Source of the DNA: Utricularia gibba | Taxonomy: Eukaryota > Plantae > Magnoliophyta | NCBI GenBank assembly: GCA_002189035.1 | Contig: NEEC01000017.1 | Coordinates: 1,178,001-1,242,000, forward strand | Direction: 5' to 3' | Length of the DNA stretch: 64,000 nucleotides | Shown here: one piece after another, positions 1 through 13,721 of the stretch | How positions within the stretch are numbered: position 1 is the stretch's first letter | Layout: every line of letters starts with the position of its first letter | Notes under the pieces: model-generated | What the model was told of the DNA's origin: nothing | The model's input: only the letters and a program-made list of their open reading frames with translations | Databases searched by the model: none | Program-made: the position numbers and the translations under genes

Positions 1-2104
1 TAAAAGGTTATCTAAGCCAGAGATTGAGGTTACTATAGTATTTCTAAAAGCATGGGCAGAAGGAGCTTCACCAGAGCAAACATGTCCTGCCGACTCACTC
101 TGGACAACTATCTGACTTTTGGTGGAGTGCTGATTCACATCTTGGGTTGAGGAACTACTTCCAATGCCTTCTCTAGAAGAAGAAGAAACAACATTCAACT
201 GCCCAGATGCAAATTTTAGATGATATTCTAAGAAGCTTACATGGTACCACATGAAGAACTCGTCAATATAAAAATGGAATGAGGTTAAGCTTTTCTGGGA
301 TTTTTTCCACTGAGAAAATGAGTTCCTATTGAAAGAAGACCGCACTGCATTGTCTGGAGAAACAGACAACATGATTTCTCGAACATTAAGAGAGAAACTG
401 CGCTGTAGAAGACCATTTTCAGGAACAGAGCTAGCATCCGGCGTACTCATTGGAGAAGTAGACACACCCTTGTGTAGAAAGAACACTTTCATGCAGGAAA
501 TAAACAAAGACTTTATCAGTCGAAAAATTAGAAAAAGGAGATGGAAAAATTTCAAGACTGGACAAGCAACCAAAGGCAAGGGAATTTTTCCATCATTCCT
601 AGGTTCAATGGATGCAGTTCTTGCACGAATTATTCTTCGAGCCACTGCAATCGCTTCCAATGGTAAATATTTTTCAAGATCAGAAATCAAATCCCACTGA
701 GAGCTGACATGCCTTGAATATGCTCTGTCCTGGGACATTAAAAGCACAGATTTTTTCAATGCATCTTGCGTAGGATATCCTACTCCCAGAAGTAGAGACT
801 CATAAGTCTTTATGTACCGCAGCCACATACATGCAGTTTGAATTGTCCTAACCAAAGACTGCTTCGAACCTGGAATCAGAGAGCTAATTCTGGCTGACAC
901 TATGCTCCAAAGCAGTTTTCCGCTTCTAGCATGTTTACGCTCCAATGAGAAGAATTCATAGAACATGAGCAAAGCTGAAAGGTCCAGTGGAGACAAGACA
1001 ACTTTTATAGAGGGAATATCAGTGCAAAAGGCTGTAAACTGAAGATAATTCAAATTAAGAAGATTGACCATACTGGCCACATTGACAACACAATCTGTTC
1101 CTTTTTCACGGTTCAATGCAATCTGAAAGCAGTCAACATCAACAAGCAATGAGCTTTTAGGAAAAGCCACAAAAAATGAACCCATGAGACCCATGATAAA
1201 GCATTCTGATTTAATCTGTGATGTGGCTCCGAACCGTTTCACGTTCAATGAGCATGAAAAAGGATCTTGGAAACGAGGAGATTTTAGGATCACCCGAACA
1301 TCATACAACTGCAAGCAACCATGCTTAATGACAGCGTTCAACAAAGATGTTCTCCACGTTTTGACGGTAATCTGCGAAATGTTCTGTATCGAATCATGCA
1401 GAATACAACCCTGAAACCATAAGGAAAAGTCTCATTTTGTCACCAAAGGAATTTTCATCTCAAAATAAAAAGGGATCATCTTACAAAAAATAAAATAAAC
1501 TATATCAAATGGAAAAAGAATGAAGAGTGAATCCGGCCTATCAAATTTCACTACACTCGCTTTTCCACCATCTCCCCTCCCACCCAATGCGAATCCCTGC
1601 CATCAACGGTTGCAAAGACTGAAAAAGAGGTACAATTACGGTACCTCAGGGTCAATCTCTCGAAGAAACTTTTTCCGTTCCTCCACCGTTTTGTCTCTCC
1701 ACTTGCACCTCCATTTCACTCCAAATTCATCCTCCTCTTCTCTTTTCCAATAATCCAAGACACCCATCAGCTAAAGCAACAGTTACACAAGAAAACTCAC
1801 AAACGGAAGAAAACAAAGCATACCCGAGTGAAAGAACGACACGCAGACCGCGAACTACGAGCGTGAAAGCGGAAGATGAGAAGGGCGAGAACTGGAGACT
1901 CAAGTGTTCAATAGTAACCTCCTTGAAGCAGAATCTGAACGGGTCGTCCAGTAATTCGTTGAGTGCGGAGGAGTTCAAAGTGACGTTCTTGAGTTCCCCG
2001 GTCGATCGGAAAAACCCAAGACTGAGTTCTAGATTTCGGTCGTCTCTCAGCCATGGCCGCAGAAGAGCTTCCAGCCGACACCGAATTAAACCATCGAACA
2101 ACAT
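1..2104 (-). CDS. VPS13: VPS13-family lipid-transfer protein (At3g50380/VPS13X-like), 5' part; runs off the window start
   Basis: Exon 1 2104-1824 MLFDGLIRCRLEALLRPW...FTLVVRGLRVVLSLG resembles the At3g50380 N-terminus. Exon 2 1741-1645 (...KKFLREIDPE|GT). Exon 3 starts at 1410 (GCILHDSIQN...) and was open in every stretch translated down to position 1. Confidence 0.8.
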
Positions 2105-3936
2105 ATCCGTTGCTTGATCGCTTCCTCTCCCTTCACGTTTTCGCCATTTTGAAGAAAGCGGTGGAAGTTTCCAAAGTGATATATATCAAAATTTTATTTT
2201 CCTACGATAATAATAAATAAATATACATAAATATAATAAATGTCTATCCGAAATGCACGAAAAATCTCAAAAAAATCAATTAATCTATAAACCAATCATT
2301 AATTAGTTAATTAATAAAATATTCTGTAAGTACTCATACTTGCATTTATCTAGTTAGAATACTTAATTCTTATTGATGGAGTAAAAATAGGATATGGTTA
2401 ATAGGTTATTGACAGTTTGGCATCGATCGAAAATCGATAAATGTCAAAAATTTGATAGCAGCTGTCGTTTTGCACAGTCTTAAAAGTGGACGAAGTACGA
2501 CAGAGCAGATTGTGGTTATCTGAAAAGCAAAACCGCAGTACATATTGCAGGCACAGAAAGCAACTAATATCTACAGAATTCAAGATTCGGTTAGATCGAC
2601 TTCTCCTATAAGTGTGAGAAATTCTTAAAAGAAAAAGGTTCGACTCTAAGACCTCTAATGTGTATTTTTCTCCCCACTTTCATCAAATGAGAATATTTTT
2701 CCGACAAGCTCTGATAACTCTGTGATTTTTTCATTTTCCGACGATTTCTACGTTAAAATCTCGATCATCTTTCATTTTCAGTTAACAAGAACACACCACA
2801 CATAACACCAAAACCTTAACCGGATATGGCACCCTCGCCCACATGCACAACCTGAAAATTGACCCTCACTTTAACATCCATTTTCAATCGCAACACTTAT
2901 GTTTTTTGTATTCTTTACTTTTATTAAAAATACTTTATAAAATATTAAAAGAATACTTATATTTACATCTTTTTTCTTATTCATACCCAATGTGATATAC
3001 TGTCACTAACTACTAGTATCACATATTCACGCACCACTAAATATATTGAATTTTTTTCTTTTATATATAATACGTAAATTATTCTTTTGATCTTCTATAT
3101 AATTTCTAATGTGTAATTAAATTCTTCTTAATTTACCGATTTTATTATTACAGCAAAAACTCCGAACATGGGGGGGAACACACATGAGGTACCAGAAATA
3201 ACGGTCTCCCTTCCCTCCGACTTGACAGTTGGATTTTTTTATTTCCCTGATGAGATTGAAAGGCGATGATATGAAGGGCAATTAGGGAGGTTGGCATGGA
3301 TTCCAGTTCCGGTAAGGAACGCACCGCGCCTCCAAGGTCTGCACACGGTGGAGTGCGCTGCCTCTGTTGCCTCGGTTCCGCCGGCGTGAGAAATTCCGGC
3401 GTTTCCTGTAACCAAATGGGCGTGTTCGTTTCACATGGTGGTACCTGAATTTCTATCTTCCTCCTCCCTCCTAGTCGGGGAGGCGGATCCTCTTGCCGTC
3501 ACGCTTACAATTCTGTACCCTCGTAAATCAGAGCAACTTGGGCGGCTCCTCTTGGAACACGTCGAATTTTGCACGGGGGATGCGTGTTAGAAATTGACGT
3601 TCAATCCTACGAGAAAATGGAGAACTTTGGGTCACATCCAAACCCTAGTCAAACAAAGCCGAATTGAGTTAACCGCACCCAAGATTCCAAGGCAATTTGG
3701 AGACAACCCAATGGGAAGTCGAGCACAGGAGCACTTTAATGGCCCCCATTAACATTTCGGAAGAGGAGGAGGAATTTTCCGACAATCTGCTGGATGTACG
3801 GATGGCAGGCTTGGCCGGCGCAGACGTCATATGAGGGTAATGACTTCGATATAATTATATAATAAAATATTCCGTGAAAAAGGAAAAACAGCTTTTGTTG
3901 AAAACTCAAAACTGCCCAGTGCCCATAGGAAAACTA

Positions 3937-3948
3937 GCCCCCGGTTTT
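3937..3948 (+). promoter_or_regulatory. Hypoxia-responsive promoter element (HRPE), ERF-VII target
   Basis: GCCCCCGGTTTT matches the HRPE consensus GCCVCYGGTTTY 12/12. It lies 130 bp upstream of the ATG of a PCO1/2-type gene, a class known to carry the element. Confidence 0.75.
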
Positions 3949-4077
3949 TCGATGCTGCGTTGAACTTTTAATGGCCTACACGACATCACGTTGTAGGATA
4001 TTTCTTAATCCTCTCGCTTTTCCTTCCCGGATTGCAATTCCCATCTATCTGCATTTCCGGCAGGTTTTTTTTGGCAG

Positions 4078-5487
4078 ATGGGTGTTGAGGAAAACGGCAG
4101 CGGGGGGAGGAAAACGCCGTCGGAAAGGACTAGGAGGCGGCGGGAAAGAGTTTCCGCAGTACAGATACTTTATGAAACTTGCAAAGAGGTTTTTGCAGAT
4201 TGCGGTCCTCATGTTGTTCCTTCACCTGAAAATGTTCAAAAACTTGCATCTGTTTTGGGTATTCATTCTCAAATCTCAATCTCCCTTTGCTTATATGACT
4301 CGCTCACAAGCTTTTATTGGGTTTAGTTGTCGTTTTCATGCTTCTTTGAGGGTTTTTATGGGATCAGCTATTTGATCTGTGAACCCTTTGAACTGCTCGT
4401 GATTCTGGATGCTCGAAGCCGTTAAAGATGAAAGCTTTAGTTTGATCTTCTCTGATTTGTTAGGCTGAATCCTATAGTTGAATTCGAAGAAAATGTTTAA
4501 ATGGATATTTTGATTTCCCAAGACTCTAACTTTATGAGATGGGTTCCACATCCATCCACTTCCCATTACTCTAGGAAGAGCCTTCATGCATGCAAAACTG
4601 CCTGTGTCCATGTATTTATTTTGTCTTCAGATCTGCAATTTCTAAACAAAACATTGACCGATTTTGAAATGAATCGATATTGTCTCAGATGGAGTGACTC
4701 AAGAAGACGTTGGTTTACGGCCAAATATGCCGTTTTTCAGCAGCGCGAGATCGCCAGTGATCACTTATATGCACATAGCCGAATGTGACAAATTCTCAGT
4801 ACGTAGCCTGAAAAGCTTGAACTTCTGAATGTGAACTTAAATGACTGATTAGTACTTGTTGGATCACGGCAGATTGGGATCTTCTGCTTGCCACCAAACA
4901 GCGTAATCCCGCTTCATGATCATCCTGGAATGACAGTTTTCAGCAAGCTCCTATTCGGAACAATGCATGTCAAAGCTTATGACTGGGCTGAAGGGTTGCA
5001 TTCAGGAGTCACTGTTCCAAAGGGTATGTTTACCTTGCACGCCTTGATCTGATTCTTCAGCGTGCTTGATGTCGATCCTCGATGCAGGGGGGTTGAAGCT
5101 AGCGAAGCTCAAGATGGACACAAACCTTAGCTCCCCGTGCGCACCCTCCATCCTGTATCCGAATGATGGTGGAAATATGCACCATTTCACAGCCAAAACA
5201 GCCTGCGCGTTGCTCGACGTCCTTGGCCCTCCGTACTCCGACGACGATGGTCGCCATTGCCAGTACTTCTACGAGATCCCGTATGAGGCACATCCAGCAG
5301 GTATACTCCATGATGAAGAAGAAGCTCGATTGCTCAACACAGATTTCGCCTCAATTTTCCCCATTTTGCAGGACTTCATGACGACAAAGAGGAATATGCA
5401 TGGCTCGGTGAAAAGGAGAAACCGGAGGAACTTTCCGTCGTCGGAGTTGCGTATACAGGTCCCCGAATATCCACAAAAAGAAAATGA
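4078..5487 (+). CDS. PCO: Plant cysteine oxidase, PCO1/2-type (5 exons)
   Basis: Exons ~4078-4255, 4689-4798, 4873-5023, 5088-5300, 5372-5487, all GT-AG. Motifs [50 protein letters not shown] and EYAWL; basic Arg-rich N-terminus. Confidence 0.93.
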
Positions 5488-6379
5488 CGAAGAAGGCAGA
5501 TACTGATTCCCCTTCACACTCCCAAGAAAACGATGTTTGCTCTGTCCCCGCGATATGTTTGGTTTCTCTCAGACTGTTTCCTCCCTCCCTTGGCCAAGAA
5601 GACGATGTGGATGTACATACATGCAGCGCACACGGTGAATACAGACTGCATTCTCGCCCACTGAAATGGTGAATCAGAAAGCTCCAACTCCTCCTCAGTG
5701 CAGCCAATCTCAATATGCCACGTGGTGCTGCCACGTCCCCCTCCGCTTTTTACATTGATTAAGATGTTTGGCAACCTAAGATTAGAGCCACGTTTACGGT
5801 TTTTGTGGGGGCTGTGGGGCCCCCATTCTATTTCAGCAAATAATATCTCACGGGAAAAAAGCCGTTTTTTAATAGTATGTATTCAAATAAATAGGAGAAG
5901 AAGCGGCAAAGGTTTCTATTTACGTACAAAGCCTCAAAAAACCCATTTCCTAAACATAGAAACAAAAATTCAAAAGCTCTCGGACCCACTGGTCGTTCTT
6001 CCTCTACTTCCCGGCATGATTGGGCCTAGGCCCACTATCAGGAAGCCTCAGGCCCGGCCCAACAGGAAGGACCACTCCATAGTCCATAGCCCATCCCCTC
6101 TACTGCGAATGCGATGCGGTGGCGTCAAGGCATTGCAACACTTAGGTGGATGCTTAGAATGTTGCCACCCTTGCGGTTAATTTATTTCATCTTCTGACTT
6201 CTCACAAAAAGCAGATAAATAAAGGATGTTGGCCCACACTGTAGATAAATTATGTCTAGTTTTTAAATAATGAAAAATGAATAATATACAATTTGGGACT
6301 TATTGTTTATAATTAAAATAAATTTACATCAGATTCATTCATTAACCAACAAATGATTTGATGGGTTTACTTTTCATTA

Positions 6380-6632
6380 GTGTTGTTTGGTTGATGGGAA
6401 TGAGATAAAATGGGTTTAATTTAACTATGTTTAAATAAAAGTTATGTAAAGAGATTAATTTTTTAATTAGTGTGTAGTTATTTAAATTGAAAATGGAATT
6501 AAGTAATTTTAAATAAACTTAAGTATATGTGATTAAAAAAAACTCGTGTAATTTCAATTTTATTTAAATTTATTAATTAAATATCTTATAATTTTCTTTT
6601 TAAATCTATGTAATCCTATCAACCAAAAATAT
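6380..6632. mobile_element. Degenerate Tourist/PIF-like MITE
   Basis: Imperfect terminal inverted repeats share TTTGGTTGATnGGA (left ~6385-6400, right ~6612-6628) around an AT-rich interior. No clear TSD. Confidence 0.4.
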
Positions 6633-6928
6633 AATTAGGATCATAGGATAAGATTTGGGTGAACTGAGTCAAATTCAAAAACTTAAATTTAAATCTTAGA
6701 TTGTTCTAGAAAATTCTTGCAACTTATTTTTGCTTTGTCTAAAAAATTATGAAAATAAAAATAAAGTTGTGAATATTCTGTAAACAAATAAAAAATAATA
6801 TAATAAATTAAAAAAAAAAATCTGCCAAGGTTGAAAGGTCATGTTAGAGGATAGCCCCGCGCTGACGACATCTCCCCTTATATAAACCCTACAACTATTC
6901 CCATCTGAATGTACACACAAGGAGAAAA

Positions 6929-7370
6929 ATGCTGAGGCACACGATGAATCTTCTAGCCATCGGCGCCATTGCCGCCGCCGTCGCCGCCGCCGTGTCCCTC
7001 GCTGCTGCCGCAAATCCGATAGCCGAAAGCAAGACATTCGGTGGCCCTCTACAAGGCTTTCTCCACTGCACACAAGGTGACCATCATTTTCTGCATCCAT
7101 ATTTTCATTTGTTTGCATTTCCGCTGACACCCGACAGCAGATAACGAAACCGGAGCATTGGGACAGCACAAGTGGAAGCTCTGCGGCGGCCTGTGCGTGG
7201 ATCTGGGGCGGAGCCGTTTCAACTGCGGCGCGTGCAGCAACCATTGCGCTCAGGGGACGCATTGCTGCGGCGGCGACTGCGTGGATCTCCTGACCAACTC
7301 CAGCCACTGCGGCTGCTGCCACAAATCCTGTGAAGGAAATTGCACCTGGGGAATGTGCAACTACGCTTGA
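6929..7370 (+). CDS. STIG1-family (stigma-specific/GRI-like) secreted cysteine-rich peptide, 2 exons
   Basis: Ala-rich signal-peptide-like exon 6929-7076; 64-nt GT-AG intron 7077-7140 with CTGAC branch-like site; exon 2 stays in frame. STIG1 Cys pattern CVDL..RFNCGAC..HC....CCGGDCVDL...HCGCC..SC...CTWGMCNYA*. TATATAAA at 6879-6886. Confidence 0.85.
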
Positions 7371-8744
7371 AGAAGAAAGAGCAGAACAACATATCTTATA
7401 CTTTTAAATTCATAAATAAATGTATCCTATGTTGTATTTTTTAATCTGATAAGCAAAAGGAAACTTTATGGGATCTGACTTAACAAAAAAAATGAGAGTT
7501 ATAGGGCGTGGGAGCATGTAATAAAGAGGTCGTATTAAATTATGTGACACCCACATCATTAATCTAACCCCAAATACCTTAATTAACCTGTCCAGTTGAT
7601 TAATTAACTCACTACCATCTTCAAACTCTCCTACACTACTCATTGAAATACGCTCCCTAACCGCATAGCATAGCTTTTGGACTTTTAGGCACACCCCCAT
7701 ATCCTACACCAAAAAAAAAAAAAAAAAAACAAGTCCCAAATAAATTTATTTCAATGAGAAAACTAAAAGGAAAAAATTAAATAAGGAATCTATTAGGTTA
7801 TGTTTGGCATGTTGATTTAATTGTTTGAATATAAATGTGTTGATAATAATTTATGTTTTATAAACTAGTTTAACAATACAAAACAGTTGTAAAACACTTC
7901 AGTTGGAAATTTTAAAACTCAACTTTGTTAGATAAGTAAATATTATTTAATTTAAATATATCTATTAAATATAATATATTTTAAATACATATATGTAAAA
8001 ACTATATACCAAATAAAATTCAATTTTAATCACATAGTAATTTAAATATACTATTAAATAAATTATACTATCAAACACTTCCGTAAACTTTATTTTGAAA
8101 AAAAAAATTGTTATAATTCTAGTACTGAACATTAGTAATTTTTTAAAAAATTCAAAATAACTCAAAATAATTGTGGAAGTTTTGTAGGTTCCAAGTACAA
8201 TCTTATACTTTATGAATAGAGTTACTTATAATCAAAGACTTAGTAAATGGGCAGGCATTGATGAGGCGCGGACCCCAAAGATGAACTCGAAGACCTAATC
8301 TTGTGCCTGGACAAGAAAATAAATGGACAAAGATTGTGTTTTGTCCAAACCTTGTAAGCCTACTTCACAGCTGATTCGATACGCTTTTTGGAGATGAAAC
8401 AAAAACGTACGGTTTTGGAAGTTGTGGCGGATCGATCGCCTGCGGTGTGGTTGGAGACGCGGGGCGCCTGCATTGGTGGAGTAGGCCTTTCGTGTTTCGT
8501 TAGCTTGTATGGTTTAAGTGATTTTATGTGGAAGAAGCAGAAGAAGAAGAAGGAGAGAGTTTGGGAAATCAGCTTATATAAGCCATAAGCTCCAAGGGAA
8601 CACAGACGGGAAAAGACATAGGTTTTGGATAGAAGTTAAAGGAAAGAGCCAAGGTCAAAGAACTTCTTCCTTCGTGGCTCTTCCACTGCCTCATTCATCT
8701 CAATGGCAGTGTGTTATCCAGTTGTCTTCGGCTCTCCGGATGAT

Positions 8745-11700
8745 CTACACCGTGTAGTTTTGCTGGATGGTCTCGATGTCGAGCCCCTTGAGCTTCACGA
8801 CGGACTCGACATGGCCCTTGAGTGTGTGCAGCTCACGAAGTCTGCAACCACCACAGTGTGTTTTCACAAGAAGAGATTTTATGGGTTGTCTAAAAGTAAG
8901 GATTTTGGTGTATTTGGTACCTTGCGATCTCAGCTCTTCTCTTTGCTTGCTCCGCGATTTCGGAGAGCTCTCTGTAGCTATTCTTCTCGTTCAGTATGTT
9001 AGCAGGCTCTGCTGTTTGTAGGCCGTGTAAGGTTCTCTGAGCGAGTGCCCATTGAGCTTCTCTGTCTTCTTTGCCGTAGTCTTTCTTGGTTGTGAATGCA
9101 GTCTGTTGGAAAGACATGGAAATGCTTGGAATCCATCAAATGTGATAAGATATGATGCACCTCTAGCAGCAGTAGTAGAGTACCTTATTCTCATAGAAGT
9201 TGGTCCAAGCCTTTCCACTGAGGATGTATCTGATGGCAAACTTGATGAAATCCAGTGGCACGTAGAAGACGACACTGTAAATCCATATAACGCCGGCCCA
9301 TCCCCATCCACATCCCCTGATTCTTGCGAATCCCCAGTGTGCATATACAGCGATGAATGTGGCAACCTAACAATACACAGAGTTAGCTGTTTTGCTGGTT
9401 TCATGGTTTGGAGTATGGCCGGAGACTTACAAGTTGGGCGATGATGAAGGCGGACATCAGAAGCATGCCGGGTCGTTCTACGTACGACCAGCTCCGGGAC
9501 CTTGTAACGAAGATGAGAGCTTGGCTGACAATGCTCACTTGCAAGTACAGAGCAGCCATCATTTGTGTTTCATCATGTCTGATGTCTCTGACTCCGAATC
9601 TCGACTGTTTCAGGCAAGGTTTGAGCAAACTCAGGGATTTGAAATGAAAGAAGAAGGACTGTGTTGGGTTGTTCTCTTACAGGAAAGAAGTCGGTTTTGT
9701 GCATCAACCAAAAGAATATGACAGTCATGAGAGCAAGGTAGCCTCCAAGAATGACGCCTGTAGCGAAGATTTCTTTCAGCTTCCAGCTATCTGGGAGGGG
9801 GGATGGCTTCACTCTATCCTTTGAAATGGTCATGATGGTACCTGAAACCCCACAGCTTCAAGATCATCACCAATACAGAAGCATCCACAGAGAAACAGAT
9901 ACGAGTCGTTACCGTCGTTGAGTATGGCGATGATCAAAACCATGAAAGGTGAAAAGTCGAACTTCCATATCAGAGCAATGAGCATGAAGCCAAACTGCAA
10001 AGATGAAGTGAGTCAAAAGAGTGGAATGGGAGGGTCTGGTTCAGGTTTATGGAGTAGATTCCATTATGATCAACTTACAACAATACGGATAGTGATGGAG
10101 ACGGCGTAGATCTGCAAAAGAAGATTTCACTCCTTACATGATCATGAAAAGAAAAGGAGAAGGAATGTGTTGAACGAACGACACTCACTGTGTAGTTCTT
10201 CATCCTTTGGAAAATGGCTCGGCTTGTCAAGACAGCACTGATGATAACGCTGAGACCGGGTTCTGTAAGCACTATATCCGAAGCACTTCTTGCAGCATCT
10301 GTGGCATCAGCAACAGCAATGCCGATATCAGCCTTCTTTAGTGCAGGAGCATCGTTGACACCATCTCCTGTCATTCCCACAATGTGTTTGCTCTCCTGTA
10401 ACTTCTTCACGATTTCATACTTGTGTTCTGCAAAGGACAGCATATGAAGTATGAGAATATATGCTTGATGATTGTCACTTTATGAATAAACGAAGAAGCA
10501 AGTGACCTGGAAACACCCCAGCAAAACCATCTGCCTTCTCAATGAGCTCCTCAACAGGAACCCCAGCTATGGATTCATCCTTGTGTTGCCCGAGCAACGA
10601 TGCTGAAGGATACATGTTTGCTCCCATTCCGAGCCTTCTCCCTGTTTCTTTGGCAATGGCGAGTTGATCACCTACACAAGCGTGTGTCAGTTTGATGGGA
10701 TGTCTCATCTTATTCTCGAAGCTTTTATATTACCTGTGATCATCTTAACATTAACACCAAGATTGAGAGCTCTTCGAATTGTCTCGGCACTGTCGTGTCT
10801 GGGGGGATCAAACAGTGACAGAAGACCAACAAATTGCCATGGAGCACCAGCAGATTCCTTGCTTTTCTCTGGAACTTCCTGTAAAAACATGAAGCATTTG
10901 ATGATCATCAAGCAAATGGAGGAAACAAATGGTATTGCTGTAACGATTTCACACTTGTCTGGACACCGCCAACGATCGAAGACCACGCTCTGCAAACTTA
11001 TCAATGACAGCATGAACCTTCTTCTTGAAGTCCTCTTTGCAGTTGCAGAGGGTGAGGATCTAATTCCAAAAAGATAATCCATAAGATAAATGTAGATAAA
11101 TGTAAAGCAATCCCCATGATGTACCTGCTCAGGGGCGCCTTTGCTTGCTCGATGCCATTTTCCATCAGAATCAACATATGTGAGTGCTGTACGCTTGTCG
11201 ACAGGGTTGAATGGGAAGAAGTGCACTTCCCTTATGCCAGCTCTTGCCTAAGAAACAATGAAAAACTTACTGTGAGAAAAAGAAACATAAGGAGGGGAGA
11301 AAGATGAAGAAGAAGCAAACCTCTTTGGGATCAGCAAGAGTTCCAACAATGGCAGCATCTATGGCATCTTGATTTTCGGTTCTCGATGCTCTGGCAGCCA
11401 AAAGAAGAACATGGTCAGGATCCACTCCCTTTGCGAAAACTTCTATCAAACCCTTGTCGACTGTGAGCTTGTTAAGAGTCAGAGTTCCTGTTTTGTCACT
11501 ACACAAAACGTCCATTCCAGCCATTTCTTCAATAGCAGTCATTCTCTTAGTGATTGCACCTTGGGTTGAAAGCTTGTGGGAGCCAATGGCCATTGTAACA
11601 GACAACACCGTTGGCATGGCGATCGGAATACCACCGATCAGGAGCACCAGGAGGTTATCAATACCTTGTCTATACGGCCTGTGTTGAATCGGGTACATCA

Positions 11701-13282
11701 CTATGATCTCAGTCAGCATTCCCACTGCAATGGAGCAAATACAGAAGTTTCCAATGGCTGTGAGGACTTTCTGGAAGTGACCAACTTGGTGAGTGCTGTC
11801 AACAAGATGAGCTGCCTTCCCAAAGAAGGTGTGCACTCCAGTAGCTATGACAATCGCTTCGATTTCACCCTGTTTACACGTCGATCCGGAGTATATTTCG
11901 TCTCCAGGATTCTTTGTCACAGGAAGGGATTCTCCAGTCAGTGCAGATTGATCAATCTTCAAAGGATCACCTTCCAGAAGACGAGCATCGGCAGGGATGA
12001 TGTCTCCAAGTTTGATGCTTATAATGTCTCCCGGAACCAAAATGGCTGCTTCCTGTTCACTCCATTTCCCGTCCCTAAGCACCTAAACTCCATAATCATC
12101 ACATTGTTATCATAAATCATCGAAAGTGGAGAGGAGAGTGTTCAGCTTGTGATGTTCAGAAACTTCACCTTTGTTTTGGGAGCAAGACCAGCCATAAGAG
12201 CAGCAGCAGCGTTTCCAGCATTGTTCTCTTCAATGAAACTGATGGTAGAGTTGATAACCAGTAAACACATAATACCCACAAAGTCTTGCCAATCCGGTGG
12301 CTTCCCTCCGCCGTTGGCCAAAGCAATCGCCATGATGGCGGCAGACTCCATGACCCAAGAGAGTGGGTTCCACATAAACCCCAGGAACTTGAGAATTTTG
12401 CTTTCCTGCATACACAGAAACATTAAACACCTGGTACTGAAAAAAGCCATGGTTAGCAAAGAAAAAGCAACCTTCTTCTCTTCCAACTTGTTGAGACCAA
12501 AAATCTCAGTTCGGTTGGTTGCCTCATCGCTTGATAACCCTTCTGGTGAACATTCCAGTAGCTGGAACACCTCCTCTATCGGGATCTTAACCTGTTTTTC
12601 AATAAACCCATGTTGATTATAGATCTTTGCAACAAACAACACTCTCGAATCACGTAAACCATGACACTAACTCCAACAAAAAAACAACAAATCCAGAATA
12701 TGTCCTTTGGTCCACGTGGCCTTGTGATGGCCAAAGTTGACTCAAGGTGGTCTCCACTTTGACTTATCTCCAACTCCCAATCTTACTATTTATTCAAAGG
12801 TACAGATTTCAAGGGGAAGCTTACCCACCTCTACAGATTAGGGAGGATAGCTTCTAGGGTTTCCATTATTACAAATCTAATAACCAATCCCCCACAACAA
12901 CCCATCACAAAACGATCAACTGAAACTTTGTATTACAGACACAACAGAAGACAATCAAATCTTCCTCTTGCATCACACACAGTTTTGTCCAAATCTTCCA
13001 TGAATAAAGAAAGAAGAAGAGACTGAACCATACAAACTGCCCTCAAAACAAGAAGTTGGTTTCTGAAGCATGCGCATCAGAACCCGCAGAAACTCTACCC
13101 CTCTGCGCAGTTCTACCCACAAAAGTAGACCCTGAAGCTCATGGTGCGAGCCCATGCAAGTAGTTGACTACTCTAAAGCAGGTGTTTCCAGACACAGAGA
13201 CTGGAGCATGAAACGAGAAGGGGGGAGAAGAGGGGTTTACCAGATCGACGGACTCATTCTTGATGTGCTCGAGGTTTCCCAT
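8745..13282 (-). CDS. AHA: Plasma-membrane H+-ATPase (P3A), AHA1/2/5-like subfamily, ~15 exons
   Basis: Start [14 protein letters not shown] (13282-13241). Motifs CSDKTGTLT and [13 protein letters not shown], autoinhibitory [16 protein letters not shown], and the C-terminal 14-3-3 site QQNYTV* (stop 8745-8747). TATAAAT on the minus strand at 13377-13383. Confidence 0.97.
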
Positions 13283-13721
13283 GGCGGGGGCTTCAGCAGC
13301 TTCGCAGGAGGGAGGGACGGCACGGCACGGAGTGAAGGAGTGAATGAATCCAAGAGAAGTGTGTCCTGCTGCTTTTATTTATATGCAGTGCCAGCAAGAC
13401 AGACGCCATTAATGGCTAAGCGTGATTACTTGACAATCCGATTGCTTGATTCGCCCATCTTGGAAGCATTAAGATCGGGATTGAATTTTCGTCATTTGTA
13501 TGTTTACCCCTTCAATCAAGTGGTGCAGGTTCCTCCATTTTTCCACAAAAGGAAAAAACATTGCTGCTCTTCAAATTGTGCGTCTCCAACCACAAACGTA
13601 CCATTACACAGGACACGGCGCTGACACTCCTCCACCACCCTTTGAACACATCACTTTAAATTAATTTTATTTTAGAAAATTCAATTTTGTTTAAAAAAAG
13701 TCTGCATAGTTATAATCTATG

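Noticed and set aside
2620-2665. GGTTCGACTC B-box-like motif suggesting a tRNA or SINE
   Set aside because: No cloverleaf and no matching A-box; at most a degenerate SINE scrap.
6021-6034. Perfect 14-bp palindrome TGGGCCTAGGCCCA
   Set aside because: Two head-to-head site-II (TGGGCY) motifs, common in plant intergenic and MITE sequence; no further structure seen.
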